From positions 67,520,001 through 67,584,000 of the forward strand of contig NC_058368.1 of assembly GCF_018350175.1 (NCBI RefSeq): DNA of 64,000 nucleotides, in the 5' to 3' direction. Below are positions 50,995-63,708 of this stretch, in pieces. The DNA comes from Felis catus. Taxonomy: Eukaryota. A program made the position numbers and the translations under genes. The stretch's first letter is position 1; the number at the start of each line of letters is the position of its first letter. Below the pieces are notes generated by a model that worked only from the letters and a program-made list of their open reading frames with translations, was not told the origin of the DNA and searched no databases.

Positions 50995-51087
50995 CTTAAA
51001 AAGCGTTCATATAAATGGCCAGAAGCAACTGAAAAAATGTTTAGAACGTCTGCTTCATCTTTTTCTTTATACAAACTTCTTGTGAAA
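50995..51087 (-). CDS. UGGT2: UGGT2 exon 32 (start of GT24 domain)
   Basis: ccaag|T TTC ... TTA AG|gtaggt; 93 nt; (S)FTRSLYKEKDEADVLNIFSVASGHLYERFL(R). Confidence 0.95.
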
Positions 51088-52094
51088 CTTGGAATAAAAA
51101 AGTAGTGATTGACAAGTTCTTAATCTGCATTTGCACACTTTACAAACCTACATAATTTAATATGCATACTAAATTTAATATGCAATAGGAAAGCCTCTCA
51201 AAATAAGCTCCATCTCATACACAAAATTACTGAATCTTTTTATTTGGAGTATTCATAATTATAATTTCTGTTTTCTTCAGGTGTAAAAATTTATTTAATT
51301 AAAATTTTCATTTTTATAGGCACAGATATTTAGAACGACTAAAATTTGGAAAAAAATAACTTACAATCACCACAGATGTATTTTTGCCAAATAGGAACTG
51401 TTATGACAGAGTATTTTTCAAATCTTATTATAATCTCTCAAATAAGAAAAATACAGTTGAATACTCCAAGTTAGGATTAAAATTCGGATAAAAAAGTGAC
51501 AGCATTATAACATACACAATACTTCTGTAAGCTGAAGGAGCTTCCCTCCTGAACATGTCTTTTCTCCCTTCCTACACAGCAGTATTTGTTTTTGGTACCC
51601 TTTCCGTACAGCAAGTGGCCATGCTATTGTTTAACAATTACCTATATTCATTCTTGTTTCCACTTTCTGGTTTTAATGGAAGATTATGGAGAGATACTCT
51701 TTAAAATGCTCACATTCTGCTTCATTATCCCGTGTCAAATATATCTACTCTCCAGATGATCTCAAAATGAGGGGGTCTGAGACCTTCTCAGTCAGTAATA
51801 GTTCAATGCACATAAAGGGACAAGAACACCATTCTTATCAAACAAGGCACCAACTACAGAAAAAGAGGCCTAAACTGGGCAAGATCGCAATGATAGGCGT
51901 GCCCCTGATTGGCGTAACACAATCCACTTAGGTTGCTGAATCTGGCTGGCTCAAAGTGTCTACAGAAATAGACAACTGATAGAAATTATCTCTGGGAGAT
52001 AATAATCTCTCAGTGGTTCTCTCTCATAAATCAAATGAAGCTCAGATTTCTAAAACTGGCTTTCAAAGTTCTCTACAATGTGGATCTACAGCAG

Positions 52095-52510
52095 ACGCCT
52101 TTGTTTTTGCCCATCTAATGTCCTTTATGTTTCTAGTAACAATCGCCTGGTATTTTTCTGGGGGAAGCATTCCTCCTCCAGTTGCATTCTGTGAGCCTAC
52201 AATAGGCCTGCCCACTCGTTCTAGAGGTGGGCATACGACCCAAGTGTGGTTAGAGTCACAGGAACCAGTTCAGTTTGGGACAAATGGCTAACAACTGGAC
52301 TCATGAGTCAGCCCTGGAACTTTTGCTGGCACTATATGGAAAGATGGCAAACTTTTCCTTGTAAAAGTTTCTCTGAAAATGAGGGAGGCATAGAGAATAG
52401 AACTAAGACATGGAAAAAGAGTTCCTAGGCCACGTCACCCGAATGCCCAAAGCCAGCTCTACTCCTGGACTCTCTACATGTGAGCCAATATATTCCTGTT
52501 TTGATTAATA
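52095..52510 (+). mobile_element. Old MLT1-type LTR fragment
   Basis: gccctggaacttttgctggcactat; aagccagctctactcctggact...catgtgagccaatatattcc. Confidence 0.6.
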
Positions 52511-52956
52511 TTTATTAATATTATTAGCATCGATTCCTGTTTGATTAGGCCTTGACCTAACTTATAGATTCCCTATTATATTCAATGCCCCAGTGTTCTA
52601 GCTAAGCTGGGCTATTTTCTGTTTAATCTCTTTGACTTCATATAACCAGGTACCTTCTCTCTATCTCCAACTTCTGAAGTCTTGTCCATCTTTTAGAGCA
52701 CATCTTAGCCAAGAAGTATTTCCTGAGGTTCCTCCTAACTAGATAAAGTCTTCTTCTCCTGTGGTTCGCAGGGCACTTGATTTTCAGCTGTCTTATAGCT
52801 CGTTTCCTATCCCGTTTTATCAACACTTGTGTATCGATCTCACCCCACATGAAGAGAGGATCTGCTTTACTTAGATGTTTACCATCTGCAGGCCTTCCAC
52901 ATACTAGACTCCTGATGGATCTATCATTATATGTTAAAACATTCACTGGTAATTAC

Positions 52957-53042
52957 CTTTTAATAGAATCCCACATTCCTTTTTTCTTCTCATCTTTATC
53001 GGTTAGGAGATCTTCCTTAATTTTGTCTGGCTTTTTTTGCAC
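52957..53042 (-). CDS. UGGT2: UGGT2 exon 31
   Basis: ctag|GTG CAA ... AAA AG|gtaatt; 86 nt; VQKKPDKIKEDLLTDKDEKKKGMWDSIK. Confidence 0.94.
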
Positions 53043-55299
53043 CTAGATAGCACGGTAAAGAAAAATCTTAGAATTGTGCAGCTTTAAGTATTATGCAACG
53101 TGCTTAGAAAGTTAGGAAGTGCAAGGTGACCCCTGTAAATCTAAGACAGTTGCAGTGACGGAGCCAGGGAAGATCTTAGTACATTACAGACACAATCTGG
53201 TTTCAATTATCAGTTCAATCTCATTGTTAGCTCTTTTGGTGGTTACCTCCATTCTGTTAAATAATGTGCTTATACTTGTATTTACTGATTTTTCAACTTC
53301 AGGCTTTATCTACCAGCATATCTGCAACCACAGGATTTAGGTATTTTTCATTCTTTGGGACGACAGACAAGCAGCCCCCTTCTATTGGTCTGCCTCTCTT
53401 TGTCTGGAAGTTTTGGGAGTAGTATCATTACCATTAGTTCTTCTACTGAGTATCTTTGTAGCTTCAAATAATAAATGTCTATTTTTTGTTCCAACAATTT
53501 CAGGTTTCTCTCGCATGTAAGATAAGAATACTAATGGTATTTCTACCTTTTCCCTCCGCCTCCCACCTTACATTAGCTGAACTTTTACTTTAGCATCGTA
53601 TAAGGATAGGTACTACCTACATTTACGCTGGTAAACGTAATTATATCTACTGCATTTTGCTACGTTTATTTTACAACTTGAAGATCAGCAAATAGTGCTT
53701 ATTGTGAAGATGTAATTATTATTCACTGCAGAGTCTGCAAGGCCACTACAGCTGTATTTCCTCAGTGCAGTTATAGTAACCTGACCATCGTGCCACTCAT
53801 GGGAGACTCTGGATATTTCAAATGGATTCTGTTTTCTTACATCCCACCAACACATAAACATTTTTTCTTGGAATTTTATTGCATTTATTTTTCCTTGTAG
53901 TGAGATATGTTTCTTCCTTACCACATACCTAGTATTTCCCAGTTTATTATTCATGTTTATTGCCTGGAATTCCTGTCTTCTTGGAAATGTTTTTCCCAGA
54001 GCTCAGTAATAAACTGCCTAGTTCTTTCAAGGATTTCTTTGCATTCTTGACATACCTATCTTCCTCTTTCTTGGTCTTCATCTTCATTGGACTGGCAAAC
54101 ATCTTCAAGGGGTGTGAAAAATTTTTCTAAACCTTCACTCTTCAGAAAATAACTTTGTCTTTAAGAATTTGGTTAAAGAATCCTAGCTTCAAAATAATTT
54201 TCCTCAAAATACTAAAAGCTTTGTTTTGCTGTCTGGTAACATTCATTTTGAAAATGAAAAGTCTGACGCTAGGGTTAGTGTCATTCTATGACTCTGACCT
54301 GCCTTTTTTCCCTGATAGTTATTAGGGTTTCATGTGGGCCATCTTTCACTCACGGTAATTTATGGACCCTTATGAACATTATTCCCTCTCCTTCTCTGTG
54401 AAATACCCTCCGTCTTTTTTTTTTTTTTTTTTAAAGATTTTTAAGGAATCTCTACATCCAACATGGAGCTGAAACTTACAACCCCTAGATCAGGAGTTGC
54501 GTGCTCCACGGAGCAAGCGAGCCAGTGGATCGTCCCCTTCCCTCCATTGTCTATTCTTTCTCTATGGAATTCCTATTCATGGGCTGTGGAATTCATGGGC
54601 TGATCCTTAACATTGTTTATCTTTTCTGCTCTCCCTTTTCTGTCTTTTGATATAATTCTGAGATGGATGGTGAGGAGATAAAACGGTGTTATTAAAAAAA
54701 CAACAGAAGGACTGAGGTGGGTGGTCTGATTCAGGTAGGGCATGATTATTACCTCAAAGATTTGATGGCTATGGTGAAAGAGTTCAACCTGCTCTGTACT
54801 ATAGACCAAGAAGTCAAATTAGAACCAATAGGCAGAGTGCAAAAATTCAGCTCAAGAAAACCTAAGCGGCTTTTCAATGGTCAAAATAGCTCAAAGATGG
54901 AACTGTCCTCTCGTCCCCCAGCCTGGTAGAAATGGTCTTTCTTTCTTGTTTGCAGGGCTAGGATAAAACTTCCTGGAATGCTGGTCCTATAGGGCTTGGT
55001 TGAGTTAGTATCTTAAGTAGCTGGTCTGGGTTTTGTGGGGTTTTTCTTCTGAAATGAACAGAAAGAAATGTATTAAAGAAGAGACTGTGTTACTATTGAG
55101 ACAGAAAATCAAGGTCAATACAGGAGGAAGAGAATCAAAGATGAATGTGAGCAACATGTATAACTGATCACAGGATAAAAAGCAGAGGTGATAAGGAATA
55201 GGTTATGATATGGGATGCAAGGTAAAATTTGGTGATACAGTAGTTTAGAATCTAGGCAATATGTAAGGTGTGAGGTTTGGTAGCCTGCTGTTATTGGAT

Positions 55300-57950
55300 C
55301 TTAGAAATTACAACCACATTGTATTTTCTAGTTATCTTTGGAAATTAATTTCTGCTCTACTGCACTGTAGATGGAGGATACACCCTGTACAATTTCATTC
55401 TTCTGAAATTTGTTGAAACTTGCTTTTCAACTAAATGCAAAGTTAATTTTTATAACATTTTATGTGTATTTGAAAGATTATTCACTTGGTGTTACTGGGT
55501 GTTGTGTTCTATATGTGTTTAGGTCAAAATTTATAATCTGTTCAAATCTCTATCTCTTGATATTTTGGTCAGTTTATTGTTATCAGGTACTGAGAGATGG
55601 GCATTAAAAATAATCCCAGCATGATAGAGAACTGTAAATTTCTCTAATTCTATTCCTGCCTTATATATGTAAAATGACTTTATCTTAGTAAGGTTATTTG
55701 TCTTGTTGTCCTATATCTCTGGTATTAGTAGAGCTATGCCAATTTTCTTTAGCTTAGTATTGGCCTAGAATACTTTTGCCACTCTTGTATTTTATTTTCA
55801 TCTTCATCCTAAAGTTGTATTCTTAGGTATGAGGTGTACTTTCCACAAACGACATGTAGTTGTAATTTTTAAAAATCCAATATCACAACCTTTGTCTTTT
55901 AATTAAAACATTTAGTCTATTTACATTTAATGTAATTGGGTTAAATTCTAACTTATTATTTTGTGCCTCCTCCATATCCCATATATTCTGCTTTATTTCT
56001 TCTCCTTTCTTAGTCTGTTTATATTATTTCATTCCATTTTTCCTTTTTATTATGACATTATGCCTTGTTTCTATTCTTTTAGTGGTTATCTTAGAAATTA
56101 CACTCATATTTGCCTGAAAGTCTAAAAGTAATCATTACCCTTGCTCTGATCAATATAAGAATTTTACATGTTATTGAAAACAACCCTATTTACCTTATGG
56201 CTTAAATACGATTGTTATTTTTAAATTCTGTATATTTAAAAAAATCCTTCTAAGACATTACTTTTGTTTTATATATTCACTGTTCATAGAATTATCCACA
56301 TAATTTACCATTTTCTTCTCTCTTTAATCTTTTAAAACTCAAATGTCCCACTAGAGGTATTTTTTTTTTTTTCTGCCTGAAGTACCTCTTTTAGAACTTT
56401 CTTTAGTGTGAGAGTGCTGGTGGCAAATTCAGTTTTTTCCATTTGTCCGAAAATACCTTGTTTTATGTTTCCTCTTGAAAGATATATTTTTAGGGTAAAT
56501 TATTCTAGCTTGGCATTCTTTTTTTCACTGAGTGCTTTTAAATATCATTCCAGTATCTTTTGGCTTTCATTTTTACTGCTGAGAAATCAACGGTCAGACT
56601 ATCTATAGCTCTTTGAAGGTAATTTTTCCTTTTTCCTCTGGTTTCTCTCAAGATTTCTCTTTGTTTTCTGCAGTTTTATCATAGGTGTGAATTGTCTTGC
56701 TTGGTAATCACTGGACTTTCTGAATATACAAATTGGTAACAGCCATCAGTTCATGAAAATTCTCAGCCATTAATGCTTCAAATATTATACTTCTTTCCTT
56801 TTTTAATGTGAGTATAGTTGACACACAATGTTACACTTACCTTATTCTTTCATCATTGTCTGGAACTCCATTTAAAATGATGTTAATTATTCAATACTCA
56901 TAAAGCACTTTACAAACCGAACTATCTTATCCTTATAACAAACACGTAAGGTATTATTACCCCCAATTTATAGATGAGGAAAATGAAACAAAGAGGCTAA
57001 GCAATCTGTCCAAGGTCACACAGCTAGTGAATGGCAGAGCCAGGTTCACCGCAATCCTGGTCTCTCAAATTTCTCACTCTATTCTCTATGTCTTTTATGC
57101 TCTCTGCTGTACTATACTCTTTTTAAATGTCTCTGTTACATTTGGAATATTTTCTGGCCTTTCAGCTCACTAATTCTCTCTTTAGACATGTAAAAGTTAT
57201 CCACCGAATTCTTAATTTTGGTTATAGTATCACTCAGTTTTAAAAGTTCTACTTAAAAAAAAATCAGATATACACTTTTTAATAGTTTTTCGGTCCCTGC
57301 AACTGTTTTCAAGTTTGTCTTTCATTTCTTTAAACTCTGTAAGCACAGTTGTTTCAGAGTCTGTGTCAATAATTCTAATACAGGAAGTGTTTATGTGCCT
57401 GCTTTCTGTTGTTTGTTTCTGTTGGTTTTCTCTATGTACTTGGAGATAGTAATCTTATTCTAGGGATATATACGTGTTTCTTCCAAATGTCTGTACAACC
57501 TCATTAATCTGGAACTAGTTTAGTGCAAATCCAAGGCTCAGGGTTCCCTGGACCACTTGCATGATACAAATTTGGGTTAAAAGACTGTGTGGAATAATTT
57601 ACTAGGGTTCATCCTTACCCTGAAGCTATAGCCAGCTTATTGTAGAGAGGGTCTTCTAACAGATTACCCACTTTATATGGGTCCAGGATTTTACTTTCTG
57701 TCCCCATCACCCTGCAAATTAAATGAAAATGATAGTTCAGGTGTACCAGGATGGACAACTGTTCTCAGGACAAGAGAAGCTTCTGTGCTTACTTCACTAG
57801 GCTCTTATTTTCCCTATAATTTTGATTTTGTATTTCCTTGTTTTTCTTATTATTTTGGTACTGTCAGCTCCTCATTGCTTTTAAGATGTTTCAAACACAC
57901 TTACCGACATCTTTACTAGTTTTAAGTAGGTAAGTTGGTCCAAAGAAATA
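55300..57950 (-). mobile_element. Old L1M (L1MC/ME-type) fragments with an embedded MIR (~56900-57050)
   Basis: Antisense L1 motifs (gaaaattctcagccattaatgcttcaaatatt); MIR core tatagatgaggaaaatga...tgtccaaggtcacacagctagt. Confidence 0.7.
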
Positions 57951-58351
57951 AATTTGCCATCATTAAAAACTATTTTTCTATCTTTCCTTTTTTTTTTTTT
58001 TTTTTTTTTTTTGTAAATGAAAGAAACATCACTTTTTCTTTCAGGGCTAACTTTTCAATCTGTGCTCTTGATCTCAACTCTAGAGCCTAATTTGTAACAC
58101 TATCTGGCTATGGATACAATAGATATGACAGACCCATCCTAACTTAGAAAAAGTCTTTCCTTTTCTTCTACCTTCAAGCTCTCTGCCTTTCTTTCATGAA
58201 CTTAACTCTCTTCTTCCTTTCATGCCACAGTTCCAATATGACGTTTTAGGTAGTAAAATTATAAAATGAGTTTGAAAATAATCAATTAAGGACAAAAAAG
58301 AGAATTCTTAGTCTAAGAACAAAACCCATGAAGAGCTTCTGCCCCACACAC

Positions 58352-58436
58352 TTGCACTTCCAGTATTTTGCTCTTGAAGCTGTTTATCACAACAATGACA
58401 TCTCCCAGGTCTGGTTGAGAGTCAGTTCCTTCATGC
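58352..58436 (-). CDS. UGGT2: UGGT2 exon 30
   Basis: tttag|G CAT GAA ... GTG CAA|gtgtgt; 85 nt; HEGTDSQPDLGDVIVVINSFKSKILEVQ. Confidence 0.92.
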
Positions 58437-58998
58437 CTAAAAGCAGAAAAACCTGTAAATGTCTATCATCAACTCAAGAAGAGACATGTAATTATGATGG
58501 TATAAATAACAGAATAAATTCATTTTGCAATAAACACAAGTATAACATCACTGTGTATATGTATATTTCCTGTTTCTATAGTCAATTAAGATATGCTATA
58601 ATACACAATTTTCAAAATTATCCAATTTTAACTTGATACAAATTAAAACTGTACAAAAGTAACTCACTAAATTCCATATTGCCTAATCACTGAGCAAGCT
58701 CAAATTATCGCTGATCTTTGCCGTAGTATACCAAGACTACCGCTAAAGTAAAATCTTTCAGGTGTTTTTGGTATATTGCAATGATAATTAAAATATGAAG
58801 TGTTTTTGAGACTTTAAAATAAGTTGTTATATATCATAATCGAAGGAATTCTACACCAACAACTTTTCAATATCCACCAGCTATTTTCAAATAGCAAAAT
58901 TTGAAGTATTAAACCCATAAAACTGAAGATGTCTATTATGCTCATCTGCATGACCTGAATGTGTTTTATATTATAATGTATTTCATTGTCCAATTTTT

Positions 58999-59205
58999 TT
59001 TTCAACGTTTATTTATTTTGGGGACAGAGAGAGACAGAGCATGAACGGGGGAGGGGCAGAGAGAGAGGGAGACACAGAATTGGAAACAGGCTCCAGGCTC
59101 TGAGCCATCAGCCCAGAGCCTGACGCGGGGCTCGAACTCACGGACCGCGAGATCGTGACCTGGCTGAAGTCGGACGCTTAACTGACTGCGCCACCCAGGC
59201 GCCCC
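58999..59205 (-). mobile_element. Young SINEC_Fc
   Basis: CpG-rich body; perfect TSD tcattgtccaattttt. Confidence 0.93.
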
Positions 59206-60333
59206 TCATTGTCCAATTTTTGAAATTGCATGAACAAATCAGGTATGATAGCTCTGACCAAAAATTTTTTTTGGTATCATTCTATGTACAGAAAAATGCT
59301 GTTAAAAACATTTACAATAAAGCACCAAAGCTGAATTTCGTCAATGAGGGAAGGCAACCAGATGTCAAATTAGTAGATACTTTGAGTTTAGTCAGATTTA
59401 GAACACACACCTGAACATTTTCCTGAAATGGAACTCTGAATGGTTACAGGAGTATGTTGACACATGCCTCTGACTCCCTTTTTCTCCCAATTCCCCAGCT
59501 GAGGTGGCTAAACCCAAGTAGAAGGCACAGCCATCCCCGACAGTTACCACCAGGAAAAAGAAAGGGTTCCAATTTTTGTGCTAGTAATGTCAAATTTCTT
59601 AGAATTTTCAAGAGTTTCCAGTCATAAATGTTGCTCATGGACACCAGCAACTTGAGCCACTGAATCCACTGTCCATCAAGAGCAGGTAGAGCCAGGTCGC
59701 ACACACTGCAGCTAGACCCACACAAGATCTAAAGCAAACTCCCTCCATCCAACCAGATAGTAGAGGTAGTAGCGAGGAAGACTCTTACCCTATTTCAGGT
59801 ATTATCGCAAGCACTTTAGAGATGTTAACTCATTTGATCCATACACTCATCCTTTGAGGAGGGTACAACGATTATCCTAGACCCAAAAAGCCCAGGTGGT
59901 TGGGATGTTCACCACTGCACTATTCGATCTTTGAGTAACGCTAGGCAACTAAAAGTCACTGGATACATAAGGACAGTCAGCAGCTTCAATGAAAGGAACA
60001 AGCTAAGCAAGCAGTCAGAGGACATGGACTTCACTGGGAAAGAATTAATGCAGGGAAAAAGGGGAGCATTCAGATAATTTACATTCTCAATGAGATTTGG
60101 AAGAACACAGTATCTCAGTAAAAGCCATTTGCTGCAAAATGAAAGGATTCACTACATGTCAAGAAGCATAACTTTTTTTTTAAAAAACGGACACATACTT
60201 ATTTTCCTGGGAATCCTAAATATAAATATATTTTAAATTTTTGTAGAGGAAAAATCAATCACCCTCTCACTTCTTATCCAAGACATTAAAGCCTTATTTA
60301 CACAAAAATTTTAAAGTGGTTTATAGAACTCAC

Positions 60334-60419
60334 CTAACTATTTGATAAATATCTTCAGATTTTCCTTGGCGTAATTTCAGTATCCAAGCACCTGGATTTG
60401 CTTTTAATTGAAAATATCC
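60334..60419 (-). CDS. UGGT2: UGGT2 exon 29
   Basis: aaag|GGA TAT ... GTT AG|gtgagt; 86 nt; GYFQLKANPGAWILKLRQGKSEDIYQIV. Confidence 0.96.
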
Positions 60420-60771
60420 CTTTTAGGATGAGAAAAATATGATCACAGTTATAGGACTAAAAGCCTCCAATTGTTCAAAAAAGATTATACATGAATCATT
60501 CAGGAAAGTGTTTACTAGACTGGAGTGGATGAATTCTATAAATGAATTACAAAAAGGAGATTTTGCAATAGCCTGGATAATACATCCTGAAAGTATGATT
60601 CCCTTCATTTTTGTTTTACTTAATTACCTTATTTAAGGATCAATTTTGTTTTCTGGGAGCTTTTCAGCAACAGCAGGATAAAATCTATTTCATTTTGTTA
60701 TCAGGAAAACTTCGAGGATTTCCCCCAAACATGTAATTACATACAATCGATTAAGTACTGATAATACTTAC

Positions 60772-60930
60772 GAGATTGGCCATCACTATTGTATCGACCA
60801 CAACAGGTTTACTTTTTGTGCCTAGTGTGAACTGCAGACCCCGAGGAGGCTGTTCTGTCACTGTATCGAAGCAGTGTCCTTCAAGTAGTAGATATTCCAG
60901 CTCATATTCTGCGGTGACAGTTCTCTCAAT
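60772..60930 (-). CDS. UGGT2: UGGT2 exon 28
   Basis: atag|ATT GAG ... AAT CTC|gtaagt; 159 nt; IERTVTAEYELEYLLLEGHCFDTVTEQPPRGLQFTLGTKSKPVVVDTIVMANL. Confidence 0.97.
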
Positions 60931-61574
60931 CTATGGGGGAAAACAGGTCATTACTTCTGGTGTTAGTAATTCTCATAAAATAAATTTTGTAATAAATAAA
61001 CGTAATTAATATCAGTCAATGTATTGTGGGGGCAACGTCAAGTCTTTCATACTAGTGACTTAATGGTTGAGTCAATTTCTTCAAGACCAAAACTCATGAT
61101 GAGTTTTTTTTCTCCTTTCCCATGACATCAGCTCTACTCCAACCTCATGATATATGCACCAATATCACGGGCAGGAAAGATGTCATCAAGTTGGAGTATT
61201 TGAAGATCTCTTCAAAACAGAGTGAGATGGGAAACTCCTCAAGGAATCTGCTTCATTGGCTGTTGCCCTTGAGCTCCTCCAGATCTGGCAAGAAAGCCAA
61301 CTTATCACCTTTCTTGTAATATAAAAAGTTAATATTTCATTGTTTTGCACTCAAAATAAAATATGCTCATCAAAAAATTGAGCAAATATAAAAATGTGGA
61401 AAAGAGAAAAAAACAGAAATTACCTACAGATTTAACATTCATTACACATAACACATTTCTTTTTCTTTTCTGTAATTTTTTTTCTAAGAAAATGTAACCA
61501 GCTGTTTCATTAAATAGTTTTCTATGAACACGTCCCTGTCTCTACAAATCTCTTTTTAAAGAGCTAAGACTTTT

Positions 61575-61797
61575 GGGCACCTGGGTGGCGCAGTTGGTTA
61601 AGCATCCGACTTCGGCTCAGGTCATGATCTCACGGTTTGTGAGTTCGGGCCCGATGTGGGGCTCTGTGCTGACAGCTCAGAGCCTGGAGCCTGCTTCGGA
61701 TTCTATGTCTCCCTCTCTCTCTGCCCCTCCCTTGCTCATGCTCTGTCTCTGTCTCAAAAATAAATAAAACATTGAAAAAAAAATTAAAAAAAAAAAA
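61575..61797 (+). mobile_element. Can-SINE
   Basis: SINEC body; TSD aaga(g/t)ctaagactttt. Confidence 0.9.
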
Positions 61798-62993
61798 GAT
61801 CTAAGACTTTTTCCAGATTTCCCTCTACTGCAAATGTATTTTAGGGATAACACTTTTTCTCTACTTGATATGAAAAACATAAGCAAACATGAGGCTGAAT
61901 CAAATGGTATAAGTGACTTTTACATGGTTTGGTAATTTTGTTGAGCAGATGAAACAGTGATGCTCACTATACGGTATCATTTTATTTCGCTGTGAGTTTT
62001 TGACACTATTTTTTGGTGTGTTTAGGATATAAAGTATTTCAAAACATTCTCTATTGGATAGCTGCTTTTCCTCACAATCACCACAGAAAGAATGATAATA
62101 CTTGTGTGCAGCATTTCTCTTCAAGTTCAGGTCTTAAGAACAAGAGATAAGTACTTTCTTTGACAACGGTGCTTGTTTCAACGTTAGCTGGGATCTGAAT
62201 TACTTGAACTTCTACTAGTCTAGCAATGAGCTTCACCTACATCACGCACGTGTGCCCCCAGTCCTGACAGCACCATGTGTGCAAGGAAACATTCACAGGA
62301 GACAGTCTCAGGAGGGGAGAAGAGTGAAGTCAAAACAAAATCACAGAACTTTACAGACGAGGAACTGTACCTCACAGTGGTCACGAAGCTGAAATATTTT
62401 TCTTTAGGAGTTACATATTAGGGCAAAGTCCAAATACACATCAGATTGAGACCAGTAATACTTTTATTTTATAATACATTAATGTGAAACTTTCTCTTGT
62501 CCCTATAGATTTGGATAACAGACATCAATTCTACGGACTTCCTCAAACTACAACACCAAAAACAGACAATCCATTTTTCAAAGAGTTGTTTCTAGTGAAT
62601 ATTATAAGTTCATTTCAAATAATTTCATTAAGGTAACTTAAGTTAAATTGGTTTCTAGTATCAAGGTTTATTTTTAGCAAGGACAGGAGTTTGTGGTCTT
62701 TTGTGATGTTTGCATTTCCTTTATGTGCTTACTTATCTGTTCTAAATGTTAGCTTATTGATATGAGACATGAATTTAATACCTTACAAATATAACTTTGG
62801 GTGCATATTAATATTTCTAAATATAAGTGTTTATTGTTCTGTGGCTAAATAGTAAGGAAGTTAGCTTCTTCCTTTAAAAAAATATAAGTTTAATTATAAA
62901 GATTATCATTTGGATTTATTAACAATTATCTATGGTAGCAAAATATGAATTCTTTCACAATTACACTGGCAATGGACATCTAAATTACAGCTG

Positions 62994-63118
62994 ACTCTTC
63001 TTGTTACTATGAGCACTGGGTGTTATATGTAAGTGATGAATCACTGAATTTTACTCCTGAAACTAAAATTACATTATATGTTAACTAACTAGAATTTAAG
63101 TAAAAATTTGGAAAAAAT
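62994..63118 (+). mobile_element. Short carnivore L1 3'-end insertion
   Basis: gagcactgggtgttatatgtaagtgatgaatcactgaat...; TSD taaattacagctg. Confidence 0.85.
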
Positions 63119-63125
63119 TAAATTA

Positions 63126-63592
63126 CAGCTGGCCTTTGAACAACATGGGTTTGAACCGCATGGTTCCACTTACATATGGGATTCTTTTTTTATAAATACA
63201 GTACAGTACTGGAAAAGCATGTCCTCTCCTGTATAATTTTCTTAGTCAGGTTTTTCTTCTCCAGCTTACTCGGGTGCTATATGTAAGTGATGAATCACTG
63301 AATTCTATTCCTGAAATTATTACACTATATGTTAACAAACCTGGATTTAAATGAAAAAAAATTTACATCCATGTTTTTAAAAACCACTACAATAGTGTTA
63401 AAGATAAATATGGAAATAAAATTTCCTATTATAAAAAAAGAATTTTAAAAATTAGTAATTTATGAAAAGTACAATATATATGACATATAAAAAATATGTG
63501 TTGATTGCTTATGTGAAGTAAGGCTTCTCATCAACAGTAGGCTATTAGTAGTTAAGTTTTGGGCAGGAGTCAAAGTTATATGCAGATTTTTG

Positions 63593-63651
<59 letters not shown>

Positions 63652-63708
63652 CGGGGTGGGGGGGGCGGTGTCAGCAGCCCTGCCCCTGTGTTGTTCAAAG
63701 GTCAACTG
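63126..63708. mobile_element. Tigger2a_Car-like DNA transposon containing a second L1 3' end (~63271-63362) and (TG)n (~63595-63645)
   Basis: TA-cagctggcctttgaacaac ... gttgttcaaaggtcaactg-TA; homologous to 6341-6664. Confidence 0.85.
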
